DNA of 60,458 bases, from IMG/VR virus record IMGVR_UViG_3300045988_036809. One strand, given 5' to 3'. The translations under genes were made by a program, and so were the position numbers. The stretch's first letter is position 1. Each line of letters begins with the position of its first letter. This DNA comes from a virus. Under the pieces are notes generated by a model, which was not told where the DNA came from, made no database searches, and saw nothing but the letters and a program-made list of their open reading frames with translations. Shown one piece after another: positions 1 to 8,844 of this stretch.

Positions 1-162
1 GTAATCTCCGGTAGCCGATGAAGCACCGTAATCTCCGGTAGCCGATGAAGCACCGTAATCTCCGGTAGCCGATGAAGCACCGCAATTCCCGGTAGCCGAT
101 GAAGCACCGTAATCTCCGGTAGCCGATGAAGCACCGCAATATCCGGTAGCCGATGAAGCACC
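1..162. repeat. 27-bp tandem repeat, 6 units (same family as 60131..60458)
   Basis: Units gtaatctcc/gcaattccc/gcaatatcc + ggtagccgatgaagcacc read directly. They encode GASSATG(DY/NC/YC) on the minus strand. Confidence 0.95.
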
Positions 163-471
163 TTTTCTTGAATCACTATCAGATTCTTTTTTCGCTCTGC
201 TTGATGTATATTCAATAGCCGCCTGTACGATTCCGGCAATACTCAACTTCGCTCCAATTTTGATTTTTGTAGATGCTATTTCCGTATCTTCACCCTTTTT
301 ACTGCTTATCTCTCCACTCTGTTCAACTTCGTGATATACGCTTTCTGACGGGCTGTAATAACTAAAACAATCAAGCGGATATTCGCAAGCATGAAAACCT
401 TTCTCACATACTTCCGCTTTGTCAGTTTCGTACTCTTTTCCTTCTTCATACTGAAATTCACGGCACGTCAT
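1..471 (-). CDS. N-terminal part of junction-spanning repeat protein (DUF7666-like N-domain, then nonapeptide repeats); continues at 60458..59915 on the circle
   Basis: ATG at 471 is absent from the ORF track because the frame runs off base 1. Translation: MTCREFQYEEGKEYETDKAEVCEKGFHACEYPLDCFSYYSPSESVYHEVEQSGE... then GASSATGxx repeats. 471 nt is exactly 157 codons. Confidence 0.65.
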   Translation of the reverse strand, partial: MTCREFQYEEGKEYETDKAEVCEKGFHACEYPLDCFSYYSPSESVYHEVEQSGEISSKKGEDTEIASTKIKIGAKLSIAGIVQAAIEYTSSRAKKESDSDSRKGASSATGYCGASSATGDYGASSATGNCGASSATGDYGASSATGDYGASSATGDY

Positions 472-496
472 ATCTTTGTTAAATCCCTTATAGCCT

Positions 497-1282
497 TTAA
501 TCGTTTCTCCCATTTTCAATCTCCCTTCCTAAAAATTTATTCACAAAATACAGCTGCCCTTTGCCAGTAATCTTAGTTGTGCGTGTAATTCTTACGCTTC
601 CATCAGGGTTCTGCACGTTGCTTTCTTTCACTTCAAACAATCCCTGTTCGACATATCTCTGCATCGGCATGTTACGTGATGAACCACTCTTACACAGATA
701 TCCGTTGCTCCGAAGCCATTCAAACAACCTCTTCTGCCCGATCTGATAACCATTCTGGCAAATCAGCTTCGCCAAATCTCCGATAAGGATAGATGTCCGG
801 CTTGTTGCCACCGCATCTGCAAATATCGCTTTCGGTTTCATCTGCTCAATTCTTGCCTGTTTTTGCTCGATAATCTTGTCTCTTTCGGCAATCTTGTTAT
901 GTGCCACAAGCAAAGCCTTTGAAAGCAATTCATCGTCAGATAGTGTTTCTTGCCCGGCTATATATCCGCCATTCTTACGAATTGACGGAAGAACCTCTGA
1001 CGTTACCCATTCTGTAAAACGCTCTGCACTCTCTTTCCTGCTTTGAAAAATCGCCTTATAAAGGTTTGGCTCGTTAATATAAAGCAGATTCTGCTCTCCG
1101 CCAGATGTAAGGGTAGGAATAGTACGCACACCCTTTTCATTAAGTCTTTCTTTAACCTTTGATGGTTGACTAAGTCCAAGAGATTTGCAAATATCCGACA
1201 AGCAAAACATCGGCTCACTATTTACCAAAGACGTTCTAATTTCTCCAAATTCTTCGTTAGTAAAAATCTTTAAATCTCCCAT
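497..1282 (-). CDS. Phage antirepressor (BRO-N domain + KilAC/ANT C-terminal domain)
   Basis: N-terminus FTNEEFGEIRT..EPMFCLSDICKSLGL is BRO-N-like. C-terminal half (AIFADAVATS..IGDLAKL..RLFEWLR) is KilAC-like. Confidence 0.85.
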   Translation of the reverse strand: MGDLKIFTNEEFGEIRTSLVNSEPMFCLSDICKSLGLSQPSKVKERLNEKGVRTIPTLTSGGEQNLLYINEPNLYKAIFQSRKESAERFTEWVTSEVLPSIRKNGGYIAGQETLSDDELLSKALLVAHNKIAERDKIIEQKQARIEQMKPKAIFADAVATSRTSILIGDLAKLICQNGYQIGQKRLFEWLRSNGYLCKSGSSRNMPMQRYVEQGLFEVKESNVQNPDGSVRITRTTKITGKGQLYFVNKFLGREIENGRND

Positions 1283-1283
1283 T

Positions 1284-1511
1284 CTACGCCTCGCTTTCTA
1301 AATCCGAAAAATCTGTAACCGGCATAGACAAATAATTCGCAATTAAAATCATTGTGTCTAACTTTGGCTTGCTTTTATCATTTTTCCAATCTGATAAAAG
1401 CATTGGCGAAATATTAAGATCGGTTGCTACTCTGTAAGGGGTAATTCCTTTTTCAGATAATTTCTTTTCGAATTTGGAATATGATTGACCATATTTTCTG
1501 ATTTTCGACAT
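1284..1511 (-). CDS. Cro-like XRE-family HTH regulator
   Basis: HTH ITPYRVATDLNISPMLLSDWKNDKSKP. Divergent from the CI-like gene across a 193-bp operator region. Confidence 0.75.
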   Translation of the reverse strand: MSKIRKYGQSYSKFEKKLSEKGITPYRVATDLNISPMLLSDWKNDKSKPKLDTMILIANYLSMPVTDFSDLESEA

Positions 1512-1704
1512 AAAACTTCTCCTTTCCTTAAAAATTCATTGCAATTATTAAGGAAATCCGTTATAATGAAATCGTCGAATAACAATATAACAAAACAGCC
1601 TAGGTTTTAAGGATTTCCTTAATCTAGGTCTAGTATATTATGGTTTTCTTTAATTGTCAATAGAAAATTAAAGATTTCCTTAATATTTTGGAGGTGCGCG
1701 TAAA
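1512..1704. promoter_or_regulatory. Divergent lysogeny-switch region with three operator-like repeats
   Basis: TTAAGGAAATCC (1548-1559), TTAAGGATTTCCTTAA (1607-1622; 7-bp inverted arms) and TTAAAGATTTCCTTAA (1668-1683), between divergent HTH genes. Confidence 0.6.
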
Positions 1705-2013
1705 ATGTACGAAATATACCAAAAACTACTAGACATGAATGGAGTAAAAAGTGCAGATGTTGCAAGAGCTACAGGAATATCTAATATGACGTTTTCGGAT
1801 TGGAAAAAAGGAAAGTCTACGCCTAAGATGGATAAAATTGAGAAAATTGCAAAATATTTTGGCGTTACGACAGATTATATGATGGGAAAGAAGTCGGAAG
1901 TACCATCTTTGTCAATGGCGGACGAACATTTTGAACTAATCAAATTATACTCTTCACTTTCAGAAGCAGATCAGAAAGCTATTATGCAAATAATGCGCAG
2001 CATGAATAAATAA
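1705..2013 (+). CDS. CI-like XRE-family repressor (HTH_3, no peptidase domain)
   Basis: VKSADVARATGISNMTFSDWKKGKSTPKMDKIEKIAKYFGVTTDYMMG. GGAGG RBS upstream. Confidence 0.75.
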   Translation: MYEIYQKLLDMNGVKSADVARATGISNMTFSDWKKGKSTPKMDKIEKIAKYFGVTTDYMMGKKSEVPSLSMADEHFELIKLYSSLSEADQKAIMQIMRSMNK

Positions 2014-2029
2014 TAAAGGGGGATTTTAT

Positions 2030-2395
2030 ATGGATAATCAGCAATCTAATAATTATATGATATGTCCTAGGTGCAATCAATATATTCCTTATGGATCTGC
2101 TTTCTGCAGTTATTGCGGATTACAGTTTCAACCTCAAAGAAATATTCAAATTGATACGAAACAAAAAAAGAAAACTGAAAGCCCATTGAGTGCATTATCT
2201 GGAATAATCAGCCTTGTTGGTTTTTTCACTTTTGGATTTTTGATTATTTTAGGATTTATTATTTCTGTGATAGATTTGGCAATCGGTCAATCTAAAAAAT
2301 ATGATAATTACATTCACGCTTGCTCTTGGTTTTCGGTTGTATTGTTTATAATTTTAATAATTTTAATGATTTTTGGCTTGTATAGAATAATATAA
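2030..2395 (+). CDS. Zinc-ribbon membrane protein (prophage-expressed; possible superinfection exclusion)
   Basis: CPRC..CSYC zinc ribbon followed by hydrophobic helices. Co-oriented with the repressor. The function is inference. Confidence 0.5.
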   Translation: MDNQQSNNYMICPRCNQYIPYGSAFCSYCGLQFQPQRNIQIDTKQKKKTESPLSALSGIISLVGFFTFGFLIILGFIISVIDLAIGQSKKYDNYIHACSWFSVVLFIILIILMIFGLYRII

Positions 2396-2400
2396 AAATA

Positions 2401-2429
2401 AAGGCAGAGATTTTTTCTCTGCCTTTTCT
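2401..2429. terminator. Intrinsic terminator hairpin between convergent genes
   Basis: AGGCAGAG-ATTTTTT-CTCTGCCT followed by TTTT. Confidence 0.7.
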
Positions 2430-2650
2430 CAATTCCACTCTTTGATGGCTAACTCAATAAACCTAATCAAATAGTCCATCAATTTCTCATTTGTAATTTT
2501 CGCGATCATGTCGCACAACTTCTTCCTCTTCTCTTCCACGTCGTAACCCCCTAACACATAATTTCGCAAATCCATATGCCTATTATAGAACATACGTTCT
2601 TTTGTGTCAATATTTAAGGGGAGAATGTGATAAATATAGGGCGATAGCAC
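2429..2650 (-). CDS. Hypothetical protein
   Basis: ORF only. Start uncertain (GTG at 2650 or ATG at 2593). No recognisable motif. Confidence 0.3.
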   Translation of the reverse strand: MLSPYIYHILPLNIDTKERMFYNRHMDLRNYVLGGYDVEEKRKKLCDMIAKITNEKLMDYLIRFIELAIKEWN

Positions 2651-2776
2651 TTGTCTACCGCCCCGACCAGAATATTGAGGGGGATTCTGGTGTTCCTATT
2701 GGGAACATATTTATAATATCACTGTTGACTTAATATTTCTATTTGAATCGTGTCAAAAAGTTCGACAGACATCGAC

Positions 2777-3661
2777 TTAATGAATTAAAGACATAAATGT
2801 ATTATATCCAACAACTCCATCAACCGTAAGTTGATAGTCTCTCTGATACTGTTTTACAGCAGATTCAAGGTTAGAACCGAATATACCCGGACATTCAAGT
2901 TGACAAACATATCCTTTAAGCATCAACAGTATTTGTACCGCAGTGACCATATATTGTTTCTCTCCACGCTTGACATAATGACTTCCAAGAGCTGTCTTAG
3001 AACCATTACCCCAGATGCCATCAACAGCAATTCCTTTCTTGTAATCAAGATTGATTGCTGTCTGCAAAACCTTAATTCCGGCTTTGATTGTGTTGACTCC
3101 TCGGATTCCATCAACAGAAATTTTGACACCAGCAAAATTATTTGCGTGTGTCTGTCCGTTTCTCACGATTGCATCTTTTCCCGGCACATTTGGAACTGGA
3201 TTATTTTCCGGCTTGCTGACGTCAGCAGAAACAGAACCATTTGTAATATAGTCAAACGGATAATTCTTTCCCGGACACGCTGTCAAACCGACATCTCTGT
3301 GTCTAACAACTGTTGTGATTTTATATTTGTTCTTTAAGTAATCGATAAGCTCCTTAATTGCATTTTTCTGTGCATCCGACATTGTTTCATTCTCGAAGTT
3401 TCCTTCTGCACAAATTCCGATTGAATTGTAGTTTGAACCGGAAGCGTGTGCGCCGATTGCGTATTCAGGTCGCCCACGATAAATTGAACCATCCTTGCGA
3501 ACATAAAAGTGATATCCGATTCCAGACCATCCCTTAGCTTTGTGTACGTTGTGAACAGCTTCGACAGAGCCATTCATCGCCGCATGATGAAGAATAATTC
3601 TCTTTGTGCTTGATCTCTTTGATAAAGTTCCGAATTTTAAGTTTGTTTCAATAATGTTCAT
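2777..3661 (-). CDS. Endolysin: N-acetylmuramoyl-L-alanine amidase (Amidase_2/PGRP) + two PG_binding_1 repeats
   Basis: ILHHAA, GIGYHFYV, ACPGKN amidase motifs. DGIWGNGSKTAL and VDGVVGYNTF peptidoglycan-binding repeats. Confidence 0.9.
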   Translation of the reverse strand: MNIIETNLKFGTLSKRSSTKRIILHHAAMNGSVEAVHNVHKAKGWSGIGYHFYVRKDGSIYRGRPEYAIGAHASGSNYNSIGICAEGNFENETMSDAQKNAIKELIDYLKNKYKITTVVRHRDVGLTACPGKNYPFDYITNGSVSADVSKPENNPVPNVPGKDAIVRNGQTHANNFAGVKISVDGIRGVNTIKAGIKVLQTAINLDYKKGIAVDGIWGNGSKTALGSHYVKRGEKQYMVTAVQILLMLKGYVCQLECPGIFGSNLESAVKQYQRDYQLTVDGVVGYNTFMSLIH

Positions 3662-3679
3662 GGTTATTTACCTCCTAAA

Positions 3680-3719
3680 AATAAACATCAAAACAAGACC
3701 TACATGTTTCATTAGGTCT
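3680..3719 (-). terminator. Hairpin + U-run immediately upstream of the endolysin RBS
   Basis: Minus strand AGACCTA-ATGAAACATG-TAGGTCT, then TGTTTTGATGTTTATTTTT. Ends about 7 nt before GGAGG. Confidence 0.55.
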
Positions 3720-4192
3720 AAAAAATTATATAAAGCCATTAGGCGATATATCGTTATGCTACTCCTTTATGTTCGATACTAGAACCTTGTAAAATTCTCC
3801 TAAAAAGTTTTTTAGGAATTATTATACGCCTGCTTGTCAAGCCCCGGTCAAAATAAACTAAACTCGAATAAGCAAGACAAAAACTGCTTTATATATAATG
3901 TCAAATATATGGAGTTTTTATCAATGCAGAACCGATCCGAAATCAAATGGAAAATATCAGATACCGAATCCTACTTAGTACAATTCCTAAATGATGGACA
4001 TATAGGATATTTTCATAGTCAAGATGGAGAGCAAAATTGGCAAACAATATTTATGAAGTAATTGCATCATATATGTCAATCACGATTCCAACATTTGCTT
4101 TAGATGCTATTGTTTTAACCATTTTTTCGATAGATTGTTTACTCCATCTATCTCCAAAACGATTTGTGAATAAAACATTACTTGAATATTTT

Positions 4193-6262
4193 TTATTTAC
4201 AAAGATAAACAATTTCAAAAGACCAAGGTTTACTATTAGTACCATCCACAGTAGAAAAGGAATCCCACCATACTTTTAGTTCTTTTCCATCTCTGTCCAT
4301 ACCAAATCTAAGTGTTTGATTACCTGAATTAGTTCTTTGAACTCCAAAATATTTTGCAGATGCTGGAAGGTCACTAACTATTACTGAATTATTATTAGTT
4401 CCAGGAGTTATTATTAAATCATAACAATATAAAATAACGACATTACCAAATCTTATATAATATGCGTCTCCTTTAGCTACATATGCAGATGATCCAAGAG
4501 TACCTTTTCCTTCAATATAATTAATTGCATAACCATTTACTGCACCTGCATTATTAGCATATCCTACAGCCATACTATTTCTAGGAATCCATTGTATAGG
4601 ATTTGTTCCACCATCAGCACCTAAATAATAATTTTTATTTCCACTTGCTACATTTTGTACTTCACAATTACCTATATGTGTTGCTTGATACACAGTCTGC
4701 GAACCTATATTACTTGTCGTTATTGCGGTATCGGAATCTTGTTTATTCGAGTCTAGTGTACTTAACGCACCTGTGACAGTACCGTTGCCAATAGCGGAAA
4801 TATCTGTCGTTCCCATCTTAGACAGCAACCATCTTACATTTTTGAAGATAGTAGACACTTTGCTAAGAATCGAAGCGTGTGTCTCTCCGCTTGTAAGAAG
4901 TGCCGGTGGTGTGGAATCTCCTGTCAATGAATCATTAGATGTGAATGTGACAGTGTTATCTTGGCTATCTCCATCTGTAGGTAACGCTCCTATGCTTGCG
5001 CATGTAATATTTACATTTCCACGCCCAAAAACTTTATCTTTCTCTCCTTTTACACCTGTTACAGGACTTCCGGCTAAGACATCCCATTTACCGGCTTCTG
5101 TCTTGTAAACATTACTTCCTGCCGGTTCTGTGATTCCCGAACCTTCAACAAAATCAGACGTTGTAACAAACTCATCGGATATATTGTACATATCACCGGC
5201 AGATGCAGAACCAACAGACGGAAGATTTGCAAATGTCACAGTTCCCATCGGTCGCAATGCTCCGCTGAATGATTCAGAAATGGCTTTTGCTTGCTCATAA
5301 TATTTCTTTGCGTTTGCTTCTGACGTTGCGGCGTTAGATGCACTTGTGGATGCCGCCGACGCTTTAGATGTGGCTGTGGAAGCGCTATTGACTGCCGATG
5401 TCGCACTTTGTGCGGCTTCACTTGCTTTGGTGTTTGCCGTTGACATACTTGTGGCGGCAGACGATGCGCTCTTGCTTGCGTTGCTTTCTGACGTTGCAGA
5501 TTTGGTTGCAGATGCACTTGCTGACGATGCACTTGATGCTGCTTCACCTGCTTTTGTGCTTGCCGCACTCGCTGAATTAGCAGATGCCGTCGCACTCTTG
5601 CTTGCCTGTTCACTGTAATATTTAGAGTTATCGGTATCTTCGCCATCACGAACACCTGAACCGCCGATAGCGTATGATTGTGATAACTTAGCATTGTCGT
5701 ATGCAGAATTACTACTTGTCGTTGCCGAATTTGCCATGTTTGTCGCTTTGGCTGCTTGTTCTGTAATCTTAGCAAGATAACCCGTTTCAAGCATCGCATC
5801 AGTAATTGAACCATTCTTAATAAATGCAGAAATGGCTCCTGTTTTATCGTTAATCGAAAATGCGATTGTCGCAGAATCCTCGAACTCGTATTGTGTAATA
5901 AGCGCAGACATATCTACATATTGTTTAGAGCCATCTGTTAACGTAAGAACAAGTCTCTGATTTACATAATCGTAAGAAAAATTCACAGCAATTTTTTCTA
6001 GGTTTGTATCATAATCTACATGTGAACCGTTCTTGTACGTTACAGTAATAACGCCTGTATTACTATTTAATGACACATCTGCAACCATGTCATTTACGAC
6101 TTGCATATCTGCCTTAACGGTGTCAAGCGTAATGATACGATCGTCCAATTTATCAATTGCACTATCTCCAGCATTTAGGTTTGTTGCGTTCAATGGTGTG
6201 TTTGTGCTTGGTCTATTCAACCAATTTATTCTATTGAATATCTTACTCCATCCTTGTGACAT
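4193..6262 (-). CDS. Tail fibre / receptor-binding protein
   Basis: 689 aa. Position after the tail tip gene. Long Ala/Ser-rich fibrous segment (SATASANSASAASTKAGEAASSASS...) and a distinct C-terminal domain. Confidence 0.6.
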   Translation of the reverse strand: MSQGWSKIFNRINWLNRPSTNTPLNATNLNAGDSAIDKLDDRIITLDTVKADMQVVNDMVADVSLNSNTGVITVTYKNGSHVDYDTNLEKIAVNFSYDYVNQRLVLTLTDGSKQYVDMSALITQYEFEDSATIAFSINDKTGAISAFIKNGSITDAMLETGYLAKITEQAAKATNMANSATTSSNSAYDNAKLSQSYAIGGSGVRDGEDTDNSKYYSEQASKSATASANSASAASTKAGEAASSASSASASATKSATSESNASKSASSAATSMSTANTKASEAAQSATSAVNSASTATSKASAASTSASNAATSEANAKKYYEQAKAISESFSGALRPMGTVTFANLPSVGSASAGDMYNISDEFVTTSDFVEGSGITEPAGSNVYKTEAGKWDVLAGSPVTGVKGEKDKVFGRGNVNITCASIGALPTDGDSQDNTVTFTSNDSLTGDSTPPALLTSGETHASILSKVSTIFKNVRWLLSKMGTTDISAIGNGTVTGALSTLDSNKQDSDTAITTSNIGSQTVYQATHIGNCEVQNVASGNKNYYLGADGGTNPIQWIPRNSMAVGYANNAGAVNGYAINYIEGKGTLGSSAYVAKGDAYYIRFGNVVILYCYDLIITPGTNNNSVIVSDLPASAKYFGVQRTNSGNQTLRFGMDRDGKELKVWWDSFSTVDGTNSKPWSFEIVYLCK

Positions 6263-6264
6263 AG

Positions 6265-8373
6265 CTATCTACCTCCTAACTTCTTCTCTAACTCTGCAAT
6301 TCTTTCGTTTTGCGATTGCACCGTTGCTACAAGGTCGGCGATCAGTTCCTCATATCGAATTGCCTTACCACCATTTTCCCCTGTGTCAATATTTGCGTCG
6401 CAGTAAACTCCCCAATCGCTCTGCATAGAATCGTGAAGCTCCTGTGCGATAAATCCGTGATGCAGGCGATCAGATGTGCCATCTTTATACTTGTACTCAA
6501 CGGGATTCAAGGCATAAATAAAGTCACTAGAATTTTTTGTGTCTAGTGACTGAATATTTATCTTGATGCTTTTGTCTGAGGCAATAACCGGCGAAGATCC
6601 CAAATATGCAGTTCCGCTCGTAAAGAAACCAGCCGTTTCCACATTAGCATAATCTCCGGTTTTTGGGTATCCATCTTCATATACTCCAACGCTCGTCGGT
6701 GTAATTATCGTGTGCCTTAATTTTGCTCCAAGAATAGATATTAACTCCTGCATAATTAAATAACCGACATTGTCTTCATATCCTTCTGCTGACAATCTCA
6801 TTTCTGAATACTTTTGTCCATTGTAATAAAATTCACTCTTAAATGTTTTTGCATTGATGTCGCCTTCGATGTTTGCGTCATTGCAAGTCATTTTTCCTTC
6901 TTTTGTAACGCTGAAATTATCAGAAGTTATTGCAATATTCTTACCTGTAAGATTGATTGTTCCTCCGGACAGAAGATTGATTACATCACTTGCAGACAGA
7001 TTTATATTATCTGCGTCAACCTTAAATTCTGTTCCGCTTCCTGTATCTCCGATAAGCGATACTTGAACAATTTTGCCTGTTGCAGAATCCACGCGTAAGA
7101 CAATTTGCTGTTCAGTTTGTTCAATTCTTGTAGACAGTTCGCTTTCTGCGTCCGTTGCTCTTTTTACTTCCGATTCCAAACCCTTCTCTGTGACTTTTAC
7201 GGATGTTTTAACTCTTTCTGTTGTCTTATTTAGACGTTGAAGTTGTGCGGTCACACCGTTCATATCGTTTTCAAGCATTTCTTTACCTTTACAGATATAA
7301 GCATCTCGAAGCGCCTTAATTCCTGTTAAATCACGTTGAAAAACGTATGCTTCAAAACCATATCCATTGACTTCTCCGCTTATAAAATCTCCACATTCAA
7401 CGTATGGTTGACCTTTTATCTTTGAAGAATTGATTGGTCGGTAAGATATAGACGAAATCTTACTCAACAAAGCATTCGCAAGTGCTGTAATCGTTTCGTG
7501 TGTCTGCCCAATAATCACGAAGTTATCTTGCACGTAATAAGGATTTTGATTGTACTCTGTCAATACCTGTGCGCCCTCTGAATCAACGATTATTACTCCG
7601 TCGATATTTGATGTGAAAAAGTCCTCAACAAGCGGATGCTCATACATAAGTGACGTAGAAATATTGAATGAATTTTCACTATCTCCACTTCCGGCAGATG
7701 GGTATAAGTCGTTTGCCGGGAATAAATCATCAGCCGGCAACAACATAGAAGATTCAAGTGACAAATAATCAAGCTTGCCATATCTATCCATCCGACCAAA
7801 CACACCGCTAATTTCACATATCTGTTTCATCAGAGAAAGTCCGTTGATTCCGTTTGACGAATCAAGCTCTTTGGTAAGCATTACATTATCTGCAATCAGC
7901 GTGACATCGTTCTGCTCCACTCCGACATAATTGCAAAGGCTATCCCTAAAATTCTTAACGCTGATAGGAAATGTAAGGCTGTCATACCAATCTTTAACAT
8001 CAACATCGAAATACCGCATTTTATCGTATGCGGTCAGTTTCTTATAGTCTTTGCCAGCATATTTCTCAATCGTTTCCACGTAGAACACGCCCAACGGAAT
8101 CTCTGTTTTTTTGGTGATAAGTACCGGCTCGATTTCATATCCTTTAATTCCGCTATTCAAATTGAATACTGTCAATTCAAAGCTGGATGCATTACAACCG
8201 CCAAATTTCAACTGTTCTTCTTCACAAATTGATTCGTGCAATGTCATTTGCTCTGAAAGCACGTCCAAACCCTTAATCGTTGGAAATGCATTATCCTTAA
8301 ACCGCACTTCTAATTCGATCGGCGTTCCATCTTCGATATATAATTTTTTAATATCTTCCGAAATCTTAATCAT
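6265..8373 (-). CDS. Tail tip / tail-associated protein with C-terminal Peptidase_S74 intramolecular chaperone domain
   Basis: C-terminus SDKSIKINI..LNPVEYKYKDG..LHHGFIAQEL...IRYEELIADLVATVQSQNERIAELE is S74-like. Start moved to MIKISED (ATGA overlap with upstream stop). Confidence 0.7.
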   Translation of the reverse strand: MIKISEDIKKLYIEDGTPIELEVRFKDNAFPTIKGLDVLSEQMTLHESICEEEQLKFGGCNASSFELTVFNLNSGIKGYEIEPVLITKKTEIPLGVFYVETIEKYAGKDYKKLTAYDKMRYFDVDVKDWYDSLTFPISVKNFRDSLCNYVGVEQNDVTLIADNVMLTKELDSSNGINGLSLMKQICEISGVFGRMDRYGKLDYLSLESSMLLPADDLFPANDLYPSAGSGDSENSFNISTSLMYEHPLVEDFFTSNIDGVIIVDSEGAQVLTEYNQNPYYVQDNFVIIGQTHETITALANALLSKISSISYRPINSSKIKGQPYVECGDFISGEVNGYGFEAYVFQRDLTGIKALRDAYICKGKEMLENDMNGVTAQLQRLNKTTERVKTSVKVTEKGLESEVKRATDAESELSTRIEQTEQQIVLRVDSATGKIVQVSLIGDTGSGTEFKVDADNINLSASDVINLLSGGTINLTGKNIAITSDNFSVTKEGKMTCNDANIEGDINAKTFKSEFYYNGQKYSEMRLSAEGYEDNVGYLIMQELISILGAKLRHTIITPTSVGVYEDGYPKTGDYANVETAGFFTSGTAYLGSSPVIASDKSIKINIQSLDTKNSSDFIYALNPVEYKYKDGTSDRLHHGFIAQELHDSMQSDWGVYCDANIDTGENGGKAIRYEELIADLVATVQSQNERIAELEKKLGGR

Positions 8374-8789
8374 ACTGTTTTTACTCCATAAGAAATCCAT
8401 GCCATTCTTGTTGATAGATACTTGATTTCCTTTTCATCAGCAAAGTACATAGTCGGTTCAAAATCAGCCATGTACATATCACTTGTCACATACTTATTTA
8501 ATTCAGGCACATATACTTCAACACTTGCTTTTTTCTCAACTGCATTTGTATAGTTGGCTTGAATATTCGCAAAAATGCTTGACACCTGCGTATTATCAAG
8601 CATATTTCGTGTCTCAAATTCAACTTTCGGTGCAGTATTTTCCAAAGCCGTTCTATGTAAAATTCCATTTACATCACGTGTTGAATCCAAGTCTTGTCCG
8701 TAATTCGTTGCCTTGTAGCTTTCTGCCTTAATCATCGAAAGCGGAAATATGTAATTGCCAATCTTAATTAAATAGCCTTTATATGCCAT
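8370..8789 (-). CDS. Putative distal tail protein
   Basis: Synteny only (directly after the tape measure). 139 aa is short for a Dit. Confidence 0.4.
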   Translation of the reverse strand: MAYKGYLIKIGNYIFPLSMIKAESYKATNYGQDLDSTRDVNGILHRTALENTAPKVEFETRNMLDNTQVSSIFANIQANYTNAVEKKASVEVYVPELNKYVTSDMYMADFEPTMYFADEKEIKYLSTRMAWISYGVKTV

Positions 8790-8844
8790 CTAACCACCTC
8801 ACATAAAAAGGGCAGACACATTTACGTGCCTACCCTATAAATTC

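Noticed and set aside
4051-4245. 64-aa ORF whose FTNRFGDRWSKQSIEKMVKTIASKANVG stretch looks like a tyrosine-recombinase fragment
   Set aside because: It starts inside the fibre gene, lacks the catalytic RHRY region and is too short to judge. At most it is an integrase remnant.
4773-6428. Long antisense or alternate-frame ORFs within the fibre gene (e.g. 5236..5814, 5346..5618), and the idea of a diversity-generating retroelement target
   Set aside because: They are shadow ORFs caused by the GC-rich Ala/Ser-coding repeat. No reverse transcriptase or template repeat exists in the window.
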